From an uncultured bacterium (GTDB taxonomy: Bacteria; Verrucomicrobiota; Lentisphaeria; Victivallales; UBA1829): 64,000 nucleotides of DNA. The position numbers were made by a program, and so were the translations under genes. The DNA is taken from positions 1,249-65,248 of the forward strand of contig URNX01000007.1 of the NCBI GenBank assembly GCA_900549415.1. Reading direction: 5' to 3'. Positions 31,936-44,364 of this stretch are shown here, in pieces. The notes beneath the pieces were generated by a model. It saw only the letters and a program-made list of their open reading frames with translations, was not told where the DNA came from and made no database searches. Each line of letters begins with the position of its first letter. The stretch's first letter is position 1.

Positions 31936-32400
31936 TTAGTATTTTTCCCCATGAATGATGACTGTTTCCGCTCCGTTCGCCTTCATAAGCGCGGCGGCTT
32001 TCTGAAGTTCAATCCGGCCGGGGGAGGGAACATGCGGCATGGTATCCGGACGCCCGACAGCCTCGTATTTCGAGCGGGCAAGCGCATGATACGGCAGCAG
32101 GCGCACCGGCGGAACAACGGGCAGCGAGGAGAGAAATTTTGCGGTCTCCGCCAGATTCTCCGCGCTGTCATTGTGTCCGGGAACAAGCGGAATGCGGATT
32201 TCTATTGTTTTACCCGCTTCTGCAATGAAACGGATGTTTTCCAGAATCCGTTCGTTCGGCGCACCCGTGAGTTTGCGGTGGAGGTTGCTTGCGAACGCTT
32301 TCAGGTCGAGCAGAAAAAGGTCGGTGAACGGCAGAACGGTTTCGATGGCGCAGCGCGGGACATTAACGCAGGAATCAACTTTCAACCGGACGTGCCGCCA
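31936..32400 (-). pseudogene. glycyl-radical-enzyme activating enzyme, 5'-truncated remnant (radical-SAM cluster region missing)
   Basis: Only about 155 codons remain, aligning by eye to E. coli PflA residues ~97-246 (HVRLKVDSC.../...TDLFLLDLK.../...IRIPLVPGHND.../...LLPYHALARSKY). The ORF-track 'M' is a TTG at 32383-32385. In-frame TGA at 32473-32475; no CxxxCxxC anywhere upstream on this strand. Confidence 0.75.
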
Positions 32401-32474
32401 CGCACAGACGGTCGAATTCCCCTCTGTATCGTCTTCTGCTGATTCCGGAAGCCGCGCCGGACTCGGAATCGTTC

Positions 32475-33107
32475 ATGGGCAATGACCAGTACTCCTTGCC
32501 GCTCAGAAAAGGCGGTGCATATCTGCGTCCGTCCTTCGGAACGTATGAAACGTTTCTTACCCGGGACATCTTCTTCATTGCGGTTCATTTTGAGCTGAAG
32601 CTGTTTGACATGGATCTTCCGGGCGCCGCCAACCGGGTGATTGCGTGCAATGTTCCGGAACTTTGCGAACTCGTGATGAATTCCGGACGGAACGTTCTTC
32701 CCATGACGGTTCATGCCGTTACGGAAATTTTTCTCGCGCGAGTATGGAGCGAACTTTTTCCGGACACATGGTGGGAGGATCGTCTGCATGAGAAAAAATA
32801 CCAGAGCCTTTTCCATTATATAGAAACGCACCGCTCTCCGGCATCACTTACCGTAAACGAACTAGCGGAGTTTGCCGGACTCCGGCGGGAGGTGTTTTCG
32901 CGGAATTTCACGCATGCGCTCGGCATGACTCCGAAGGAGTATCTGGTGCGCCACCTGATGTCCAAAGCGTCATCGCTTCTTCTGAATCCGAATATGCTCA
33001 TTTCAGATATAGCGAAACGTCTCGGATTCAACGATGAATTTTATTTTTCCCGTTTTTTCAAGCACAACAGCGGACTTTCACCCACAGAGTTTCGGAAAAT
33101 CCAGTGA
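32475..33107 (+). CDS. AraC-family transcriptional regulator (short N-terminal domain, possibly truncated)
   Basis: 210 aa; C-terminal dual HTH (...LTVNELAEFAGLRREVFSRNFTHALGMTPKEYLVRHLM...ISDIAKRLGFNDEFYFSRFFKHNSGLSPTEFR). Only about 100 aa precede the HTH and no cupin signature is recognisable. Confidence 0.8.
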   Translation: MGNDQYSLPLRKGGAYLRPSFGTYETFLTRDIFFIAVHFELKLFDMDLPGAANRVIACNVPELCELVMNSGRNVLPMTVHAVTEIFLARVWSELFPDTWWEDRLHEKKYQSLFHYIETHRSPASLTVNELAEFAGLRREVFSRNFTHALGMTPKEYLVRHLMSKASSLLLNPNMLISDIAKRLGFNDEFYFSRFFKHNSGLSPTEFRKIQ

Positions 33108-33176
33108 TTGCGGTTGCTTTTGCCCGCTTTCCGGAGTATATTATGCCTTTACATTTTAATTAAAAACGAGGAATAT

Positions 33177-36928
<3,752 letters not shown>

Positions 36929-36932
<4 letters not shown>

Positions 36933-37573
36933 CTGTTCTTCAGTGCATGATAGACAAACTCAAGAAATGAATTTGCCTTGAAATCCCATGAACCTTCGGC
37001 CGGTTTTCCGAATCCGTAAGCGGCATAGGCAGTCCGGCATCCGGCGGCACGGCCGGAGGTCATATCCGGTTCGGAATCGCCGAACATCCAGCTGTGCGCC
37101 GGATCGGATCCGGTTTCCTTGAGTGCGTAGAGCAGCATATCCGGAGCCGGTTTCATCGCGATGGCGCGTCCGCCGCCGATGATGGCGTCGAAAAGATCAA
37201 GCACGCCGAGCTTTTTCAGAATCGGTACGCAGAGCACATCCGGCTTATTGGAGGCCGTTGCAAGACGGAAGCCCGCCGTTTTCAGAATGCGGAGACCATC
37301 CGCCGCTCCCGGATAGAGCGTGGTATGAACAACCGGATCGTTGCGGTAAGCCCGCAGAACCTCTTTTGTTGCGTCTTCCGGGTTGATGTGCGGAGCATCC
37401 GCAACCGCGAGGGCGGCAAGCCGGGCGATTCCGTGTCCGACATACCCGACAACCGTTTTCTCCGGCAGGGGAACGAGTCCGTAATGTTCCCGCATCCGGT
37501 TTGTCGCAAGCGCGATATCCTCAATGGAGTTGATGAGGGTTCCGTCGAGGTCGAAAATAATACAGCGGTTCAT
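36929..37573 (-). CDS. HAD-IA hydrolase (phosphoglycolate phosphatase-like)
   Basis: 214 aa; IIFDLDGTLINS motif I, ...ATASNK..., ...MFGDSEPD... motif IV. Confidence 0.8.
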
Positions 37574-37585
37574 GCTCGGCTGTCC

Positions 37586-38665
37586 TTATGCCTGAAACGG
37601 AATCTTGAATTCCCGTGGAATGCGGGCATATGCGTCAAGCGACATATCGGCGAATTCACCTGCCCGGTAATAGCGGCAGGCGAGCCCGGCGATCATTGCG
37701 GCGTTGTCCGTGCAGTACTTGCGCGGAGCAAGAAGGACTTTGACGTTTTTCGGCGCTCCGGCTTCGAAATGTTCCCGCAGATAACCGTTGCAGGCGACGC
37801 CTCCGCAGAGAATCAGACTTTTCGCATGGAAGAAACGCGCGGCATCGAATGCCTTTTCGCAAAGCACCCCGACGATGGCATCCTGATAGGATGCGAGCGT
37901 GTCGTAAAGATCCTGACCGTCAAGAGCTTCGGTATTTTCCCCGCAGAGTTTTTTTGCATGGTACAGCAACGCTGTTTTGACTCCGCTGAAGCTGAAGTTG
38001 AAGCGGTTTTCCGGAGCGAGTGCCTTGCCTGCGGTTCCGGTGAGCGAACGGGGAAAGCTGAAGCGGTGTGCATCGCCGTTCCGTGCCGCCTTTTCAATGA
38101 CGGGGCCTCCGGGATAGCCGAGGTTGAGCATTTTGGCTGCCTTGTCAAACGCTTCGCCCGCGGCGTCGTCAAGGGTAGTTCCGATGACATTTGCCGTTCC
38201 GTCCTCTTTGATGAGAACGAGTGAAGTGTGACCGCCGGAAACGACGAGTCCAACCATCGGGAAAAGTTCCTTCTTTGCGAAAATATCCTCTTCCTGATCC
38301 AGAAAAACTCCGTAGATGTGCCCGAGAAAATGGTTGATCCCGATGAGCGGTTTTTTGTATGCGGCGGCAAATCCTTTGGCAAAATTGACGCCGACAAGGA
38401 GCGCGGGGACGAGCCCCGGACCGTTGGTGACGGCCACTGCATCAATCTGATCCATCGTTACGCCGGCCTCTTTTAGAGATTCATCGGTAACCCGGCGGAT
38501 TGCTGTGAGGTGCTCGCGCGCGGCAAGTTCCGGAACCACACCGCCGTAAACGGCGTGTTTGGCAATCTGGGAAGCAATTGCGTTCGAAAGCACTTTGCGT
38601 CCGTCAACAACAACCGCCACGGCGGTTTCGTCGCAGCTGGATTCAAAACCTATGATTGCGGTCAT
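37586..38665 (-). CDS. tsaD: tRNA N6-adenosine threonylcarbamoyltransferase
   Basis: 359 aa; ...GFESSCDETAVAVV..., ...INHFLGHIY..., ...VSGGHTSL..., Kae1/TsaD family. Confidence 0.93.
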   Translation of the reverse strand: MTAIIGFESSCDETAVAVVVDGRKVLSNAIASQIAKHAVYGGVVPELAAREHLTAIRRVTDESLKEAGVTMDQIDAVAVTNGPGLVPALLVGVNFAKGFAAAYKKPLIGINHFLGHIYGVFLDQEEDIFAKKELFPMVGLVVSGGHTSLVLIKEDGTANVIGTTLDDAAGEAFDKAAKMLNLGYPGGPVIEKAARNGDAHRFSFPRSLTGTAGKALAPENRFNFSFSGVKTALLYHAKKLCGENTEALDGQDLYDTLASYQDAIVGVLCEKAFDAARFFHAKSLILCGGVACNGYLREHFEAGAPKNVKVLLAPRKYCTDNAAMIAGLACRYYRAGEFADMSLDAYARIPREFKIPFQA

Positions 38666-38677
38666 TTTTCATCTCCT

Positions 38678-41221
38678 TCAGGAAATTTTGTACTTTGCGG
38701 CGAGCTTCATGAGAGCAGCAGACTGCTTCGGGGAGAGAATACGTCCGGTCGCGCGCTGTTTGGCAAGGGATTCATAGAACTCCTTGTCGTCGTAAACGCG
38801 GCGTCCTTTTTTCTCGGGCTCCGCCCATGTCTTGACTTCGGCAAACGCCTTGAGAATGCGGTCGACTTCCTCCTGTGCGCCGGCGTCCGCCTGAGGAGCC
38901 GCGGCTTCCACGCCGAGCTCTTTTACCAAAGCTTCGTAATCGGCAATCGATTCACGGTAGCGCGCCATGAGCTTGGCAAGCGCGGCAATCTGGCGTTCGG
39001 AAAGGACACGCCCCGATTCGGACTGCTCTTTAAGCGAATCAAAGAATTTCTTGTCGTCGTAAACGCGGGCTCCGCGCTTTTCCGCCGGGTGCCAAGTCAC
39101 GTTTTCCATGGCTTTGAATACAGCTGTGATGTTTTCCTGCGGAGGTGCATTGTTTGCGGCCTCTTCGCGGCGCTGCTGCATTTCTTCGCGCATTTTCCGG
39201 AACTGTTCGACTCGTTCGCGGGCGGCGGCGACATCCTCTTCCAGGTGATATTTCGCCGTGCATGAATCCAGATCTTTCAGCTGGCTTGCATATTTGATGA
39301 CCAGATTCAGCAGAGCTTCCCACTGTTTGGACGAGATCGTTGTGCCTTTTTCGGCTTTGGACTGGACAGATGTATAGAACTTTTTGTCGTCGTAAACCCG
39401 TTTTCCTCCCTTTTCCGGAGCTTCCCAGTCTTTGACTTCGCGAAGCAGATCAAGAACCGCGGCGGCTTTTTCCGCTTCGGGAGCTCCGGCGCTTTTTGCA
39501 GCGGCAAGCCACTGGGAGAACTTCTCGTAGAAATTCTTCAGCATGGCGGTCCACTGGATTTTGCCGTCTTCCACGCCGTCAAGCTGATTTTCCATATCGG
39601 CTGTGAAGCCGACCTGAATCAGATCGGGGAGGGAGGCAACCAGGTAATCATTGATCTTGAAACCAAGTTCCGTCGGGATGAGTTTGCCCTTTTCCTTGTT
39701 CACATAGGAGCGTTCCTGAATGGTGTTGACAATGGTCGCATAGGTGGACGGGCGTCCGATGCCGTTGGATTCGAGTTCCTTGATGAGCGTTGCTTCCGAG
39801 AAGCGCGGCGGCGGTTCGGTGAATTTCTGTTCGCCGAGTGTGTCGACGAGTGCGCACGGCTCATGCACGCGGAGCTTGGCGAGTGCATCGGCGTCGCGGG
39901 TGTCGTCATCATCGGATTTTGCCGCGCCTTCCTCTTCGATGTTGTAGGCTTTGAGGAAGCCGGGGAAAGTCGTGACGGTTGCGGTCGCGCGGAAAGTGTA
40001 GAGCCGTGCATCGGAGCCGGTTCCCTCGACGTCCGCGGTTGTGCGAAGCTGGTCTGCGGGAGCCATCTGCGAGGCGAGGAAGCGGCGCCAGATGAGCTTG
40101 TAGAGTTTGAGCTGCTGAGCATCAAGCGTGTCTTTCAACGATTCTGGCGTGAGTGTGACGTCGGTCGGACGGATCGCTTCATGGGCGCCCTGCGCATTGG
40201 ATTTGGATTTGAAGATGTTCGGCTTTGCGGGAACGAACTTCGGACCGTAGTTAGCAAAGATGAAATCGCGGCAGGCGTTTTGTGCTTCCACGGCAATCGC
40301 GACGGAGTCGGTTCGCATGTAGGTAATGAGTCCGAGATGTCCGGCGGGAGTGTCAACGCCTTCATAGAGCTGCTGGGCGATACGCATGGTCGAGCTCGCG
40401 GAGAATCCGAGCGCTGAACTAGCCGCCTGCTGAAGCGTGCTGGTGATGAACGGAGGAGGCGCATAACGTTTGCGCGGCTGCGTCTCAATGGAAGCGACTT
40501 TCCAGGCTTTTGCACCGCGGACGGCGGCGAGAACCGCATCGGCATCCTGCTTGCTGCCGACTTCAAATTTGCCGTTGTTGATTTTCGCAAGGCGCGTCAG
40601 AAATTCACATCCGGCATCCTGCGAAAACTTCGCAAGGAAGTTCCAGTATTCTTTCGGCACAAACGCCTGAATTTCGCGTTCGCGTTCACAGACCAGACGG
40701 AGCGCGACCGACTGGACGCGTCCCGCGCTGACTCCGCGCTCGATGCGGGACCAGAGCAGGGGGCTGATCATATAGCCGACGATGCGGTCGAGGACGCGTC
40801 GCGCCTGCTGGGCGTCGACGAGGTTCATATTGAGTTCGCCGGGGTGCTGGAACGCCTTTGTAATGGCGCTTTTGGTAATTTCATGGAAGGCGACGCGTTT
40901 GAAATCAGCCTTCTTGTTTGTGTTCTTGAGCACTTCGTGCAGATGCCATGCAATGGCCTCTCCTTCGCGGTCAGGGTCGGGAGCCAGATAAATTTCTTTG
41001 ACCGTCTTTGCAGTCTTCTTGAGATCGGCGAGGTTTTTCCCGCGTGTTTTTGACTCTTCGTACTGCGGAACGAACCCGTGTTCGATATCAACGCCGAACG
41101 CGCGTTCCGGCAGATCTCTGATGTGACCGTACGAGGCCTTGATGATATAGTCTTTCCCGAGGATTTTTCCGATGGTCTTGGCCTTTGCTGGCGACTCAAC
41201 GATCACGAGTTTATCCGGCAT
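38678..41221 (-). CDS. topA: DNA topoisomerase I with non-canonical repeat-containing C-terminal region
   Basis: 847 aa; MPDKLVIVESPAKAKTIGKILG..., Toprim plus type IA core (...LITYMRTDS... active-site Tyr). C-terminal about 260 aa lack Cys4 zinc ribbons and carry three ~60-aa repeats. Confidence 0.95.
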   Translation of the reverse strand: MPDKLVIVESPAKAKTIGKILGKDYIIKASYGHIRDLPERAFGVDIEHGFVPQYEESKTRGKNLADLKKTAKTVKEIYLAPDPDREGEAIAWHLHEVLKNTNKKADFKRVAFHEITKSAITKAFQHPGELNMNLVDAQQARRVLDRIVGYMISPLLWSRIERGVSAGRVQSVALRLVCEREREIQAFVPKEYWNFLAKFSQDAGCEFLTRLAKINNGKFEVGSKQDADAVLAAVRGAKAWKVASIETQPRKRYAPPPFITSTLQQAASSALGFSASSTMRIAQQLYEGVDTPAGHLGLITYMRTDSVAIAVEAQNACRDFIFANYGPKFVPAKPNIFKSKSNAQGAHEAIRPTDVTLTPESLKDTLDAQQLKLYKLIWRRFLASQMAPADQLRTTADVEGTGSDARLYTFRATATVTTFPGFLKAYNIEEEGAAKSDDDDTRDADALAKLRVHEPCALVDTLGEQKFTEPPPRFSEATLIKELESNGIGRPSTYATIVNTIQERSYVNKEKGKLIPTELGFKINDYLVASLPDLIQVGFTADMENQLDGVEDGKIQWTAMLKNFYEKFSQWLAAAKSAGAPEAEKAAAVLDLLREVKDWEAPEKGGKRVYDDKKFYTSVQSKAEKGTTISSKQWEALLNLVIKYASQLKDLDSCTAKYHLEEDVAAARERVEQFRKMREEMQQRREEAANNAPPQENITAVFKAMENVTWHPAEKRGARVYDDKKFFDSLKEQSESGRVLSERQIAALAKLMARYRESIADYEALVKELGVEAAAPQADAGAQEEVDRILKAFAEVKTWAEPEKKGRRVYDDKEFYESLAKQRATGRILSPKQSAALMKLAAKYKIS
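38681..39457 (-). repeat. three in-frame ~62-codon repeats in the topA 3' region
   Basis: R1 39278-39457, R2 38945-39130, R3 38681-38866. Consensus W-x-x-PEK-x-G-x-RVYDDK-x-F-(Y/F)-x-S...G-x-x-(L/I)S-x-(K/R)Q-x-x-AL-x-x-L-x-x-(K/R)Y. Confidence 0.85.
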
Positions 41222-41330
41222 CTTCGCGCTTCTCCATATAGCTTGTTCGCAAAATATACATTCTATTAAGATGAACCGTTTTGCGGAAATGTCAAGTCCG
41301 TTTCTGAAAAAAAGTCAAAGTTCGCAGAAA

Positions 41331-41771
41331 TCAGATGCAGTAATCGACGAAATCTCCGGCGTTTTCGCGGGTTTTGTCGACGATGTCCTGAAGAGTGATT
41401 TTTGCAAGCGACTGGCGGATTTCCTCATTTAGTTTCGCCCACATCTTCCGTGTTGCGCATCCGCTGATCCGGGCGCAGGCATCGGGATCCTGAACACAGT
41501 CCACGATGTTGATCGGACCTTCCATAACTTCAACGATATCCAGCACCGTGAGATATTTCGGGAACCGCGCCAGGCGGTACCCGCCTTTTGCCCCGCGGAT
41601 GGATTTCACCATTCCCGCACGCTTGAGTTCGATGATGAGACGGCTGATGTATTTTTCTGAAATCTGCTGAGATTCCGCAATGTCGCGGATCATGCGGGGA
41701 AAATCTCCCTCGTGAAGGGCAAGATCAAGAAGGATTCGCAGACCGTATCTGCCTTTAGTTGAAATTTTCAT
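41331..41771 (-). CDS. Rrf2-family transcriptional regulator (Fe-S-binding type)
   Basis: 146 aa; MKISTKGRYGLRILLDLAL..., wHTH, Cys triad VDCVQDPDACARISGC (C-x7-C-x5-C). Confidence 0.88.
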   Translation of the reverse strand: MKISTKGRYGLRILLDLALHEGDFPRMIRDIAESQQISEKYISRLIIELKRAGMVKSIRGAKGGYRLARFPKYLTVLDIVEVMEGPINIVDCVQDPDACARISGCATRKMWAKLNEEIRQSLAKITLQDIVDKTRENAGDFVDYCI

Positions 41772-41860
41772 ATTCGTTTCTCTTATTGTTTTGGAGATAA
41801 AGATTCTCCACTGTTTTAGTAGTAATATAGTGCAGAAAAATGAAAATGCAAGTTTTTTTA

Positions 41861-42673
41861 TCAGGAACGAAGGGTGCGCAGCAAAGCATCTGCGGTGTTG
41901 TAGGAAAGTTCCGGCCAGGAGAGGGAAGGCGAGCCGCCGAACCGGGCAAGCAGAACATCGCGGAGCTCAGCTTTCCCCGTTTGCGGATTGTGTTTCAGAA
42001 GCTCTTCCGCTGTCCGCATGTAGTTATCCGCGGTTTCGATGCAAAGATCCAGAAAAGGCAGAAGTTCCGGCTGTTCGATTTCCCCGTCCGAAGGACGTTC
42101 GGGATGTCCGAGTACCATACGGCGGACTTCTCCGGCAGCGCAGAGACGGCGGACGCGCTCCAGTGAAGCGCGGTATGCCGCAGGATCATTGTAGAGTGCA
42201 AGCCCGATGTTGTCCGAGCCGCAGCCTTGAATGGCGTCGCCCGTGAAGAGCGTTCCCGTTTCCGGTTCCAGAATGCAGATGGAATCGGCAGAATGCCCGG
42301 GCGTATGAAAGACGCGGACTGCAACATCGCCGTCGCGGACTTCATCGCCGTCCGCAAGTTCGCGGTCGGGAGTAAAACCGGAGGCGCGGAGAGAATCCGC
42401 GCCGTTGCGGTGAATGGAAAACACGGCGCCGGTGAGTTCCCGGAGCCGTGCGTTGCATTCGACATGGTCGCTGTGCGAATGCGAGTTGAGTACCTGGCGG
42501 ACAGCTGACCACGGAATGCGCCGCTCCCGGAGAAACGGCGCAAGCGTGGCGTCGACAGCCCCCTTGACGGCGGAGTCGATCAGAAAACTGCACGACCGCC
42601 CTTCAATGAGGAGCATCGACACCCAGAATCCGGGGACAAGCCACGGATGTTTGACTGTCCAGACCCGGACCAT
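41861..42673 (-). CDS. MBL-fold metallo-hydrolase
   Basis: 270 aa; NSHSHSDHVE (HxHxDH) and HTPGHS motifs. The start lies 1 nt after the hydrogenase stop. Confidence 0.85.
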   Translation of the reverse strand: MVRVWTVKHPWLVPGFWVSMLLIEGRSCSFLIDSAVKGAVDATLAPFLRERRIPWSAVRQVLNSHSHSDHVECNARLRELTGAVFSIHRNGADSLRASGFTPDRELADGDEVRDGDVAVRVFHTPGHSADSICILEPETGTLFTGDAIQGCGSDNIGLALYNDPAAYRASLERVRRLCAAGEVRRMVLGHPERPSDGEIEQPELLPFLDLCIETADNYMRTAEELLKHNPQTGKAELRDVLLARFGGSPSLSWPELSYNTADALLRTLRS

Positions 42674-42674
42674 G

Positions 42675-44081
42675 TCACTTGATCAGCGAGCAGGGGCCGC
42701 CGATGCAGCCGCCGCCGCAACTCATGACTTCGAGGAAGTTGCCGGGCATTTTGCCCATCGCATAGAGTTTCAGCAGTTTGGCCGTCTTCTTGTCGATGCC
42801 GTTGATGAACTTGTTGTCGAGTTTGAAATTCATCTTGGCAAGATCGGGGTTCTTCTTGCTCATTTCCTGGATGACCGCCTCGGTGACGCCGCAGCTCTTT
42901 GCATAGTTGCGGGAGGCCTGGTCGGCTGGCTTTTCGATGTCCCACGGTTCCTGCTTCATGATGTCGATGCCGAGTCCTGCGAGCATGGCGCCGAGCTCTT
43001 CAAAGGTCATGACGTAATCGACTTCTGGAGCGTTTTCCGCTTCCCAGCGTTTCGCGATGCAGGGACCGATGAAGACAGTGAGCGCATTCGGGCGTTTCTC
43101 GCGGACGAGACGCGCGGCGAATTTCATCGGGCTCGGCGTTGTGGAAACCTTGTCGAAGAATTCGGGAACATGACGCTTGACCAGTTCCACATACGCTGTG
43201 CAGCAGGATGTCGTCATGATCTTCTGTCCCGCAATCATCTTTTCGGCGAATTCGGCGGCCTCGTGTTCCGTGGTGAGTTCCGCGCCGAGAGCGACTTCCA
43301 TCACATCGGTGAATCCCGCCTGGTGAATGGCGCTGAAAAGCTGTTCCACAGTTCCGGGGAACTGCATGAGCGCGGAGGGGGCAACCATCGCAACGATTTC
43401 GCGTCCTTCCTTGATGGACTGGAGAATCGGAATCAGCTGCGAGCGTTCCATAACGGCGCTGAACGGGCACTTGCTGAAGCATTTTCCGCAGAAAATGCAG
43501 TGTTTGAAGTCGATTTCAGCAACGCCGAGTTCATTCTTGCGGATCGCCCCGACCGGGCACGCCTCTTCGCAGGGAACAGTGGTCTTAATGATCGCATTGA
43601 ACGGGCAGACCTGCTGGCATTTGCCGCATTTGATGCACTTCGAATAGTCGATGTGCGACTGCTGGTTGATGACGCTGATCGCGCCCTTCGGGCAGTTGAA
43701 GACGCAGGGACGCGCGAAGCATCCGCGGCAGGTCGGCGTTACATAGTAACGGCTTTCGGGACAGGAGGAGCAGGCGGATCCGCAGACGGAAAGCGGCTGT
43801 TTGACCTCTTTTTTATCCTTGTTGTCGATTGTTTCCTGAAGATAGGATTTCAGGGAGCGCAACTCATCGGTCTCCTCTTCGGAAGAGAAGCCGAGAAGAC
43901 CCATCAGGCGGTACTTCAGTACTGCCCGGTCATGATAGATACAGCAGCGGCTGGATTTTTCGGTCTTCGGTCTGAGGGCGATTGGAATACGGTCAATCGT
44001 GTCTGCAAGCTTGCCGTCCTTGAAATCTCTAACGATTCGGATCATCAGCTCGCGACGCATCCGTTCCGCACCATTGCTCAT
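42675..44081 (-). CDS. hydA: [FeFe] hydrogenase, catalytic-type H-cluster motifs, ~50-kDa form with N-terminal multi-Fe-S region (group-B-like)
   Basis: 468 aa; H-cluster motifs TTSCCTAY (L1), GPCIAKRWE (L2), EVMSCGGGCIGGP (L3). Upstream CIKCGKCQQVCP and CIFCGKCFSKCP clusters. TAATG overlap with the preceding gene. Confidence 0.88.
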   Translation of the reverse strand: MSNGAERMRRELMIRIVRDFKDGKLADTIDRIPIALRPKTEKSSRCCIYHDRAVLKYRLMGLLGFSSEEETDELRSLKSYLQETIDNKDKKEVKQPLSVCGSACSSCPESRYYVTPTCRGCFARPCVFNCPKGAISVINQQSHIDYSKCIKCGKCQQVCPFNAIIKTTVPCEEACPVGAIRKNELGVAEIDFKHCIFCGKCFSKCPFSAVMERSQLIPILQSIKEGREIVAMVAPSALMQFPGTVEQLFSAIHQAGFTDVMEVALGAELTTEHEAAEFAEKMIAGQKIMTTSCCTAYVELVKRHVPEFFDKVSTTPSPMKFAARLVREKRPNALTVFIGPCIAKRWEAENAPEVDYVMTFEELGAMLAGLGIDIMKQEPWDIEKPADQASRNYAKSCGVTEAVIQEMSKKNPDLAKMNFKLDNKFINGIDKKTAKLLKLYAMGKMPGNFLEVMSCGGGCIGGPCSLIK

Positions 44082-44353
44082 TATTTTCCTCCACGGTTTT
44101 TAAGGATGTTGTAAATTTTGTCACAGACGGACTCGACGGTCGCGTTGCTCATCAGTTCGCCGTCGATCCGGACGAAGGGGGCGCCGCCGAGGTTGTCGTC
44201 GGAACACGCTTCGAGACAGGGAATAGCCGAGATGTCAACGATCTCCTTCCAGTCTTCCGGCATGATGGTTTCGAGACGAAGAAGTTCCGCCGCGCCGAGC
44301 ATGTAACATGCGGTTCCGCAGCAGATTTCGATCTTGATTTTGCGATCCTCCAT
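44081..44353 (-). CDS. thioredoxin-like [2Fe-2S] ferredoxin domain protein (NuoE/HydC-like)
   Basis: 90 aa; CCGTACY...PCLEAC Cys pattern. Confidence 0.75.
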   Translation of the reverse strand: MEDRKIKIEICCGTACYMLGAAELLRLETIMPEDWKEIVDISAIPCLEACSDDNLGGAPFVRIDGELMSNATVESVCDKIYNILKNRGGK

Positions 44354-44364
44354 TCTGTACCTCC

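Noticed and set aside
32382-32831. 149-aa minus-strand ORF upstream of the activase remnant, considered as the missing radical-SAM N-terminal half (frameshift scenario).
   Set aside because: It has no CxxxCxxC, no GGE/SAM-binding motifs and a basic low-complexity composition. It is simply the antisense of the AraC gene.
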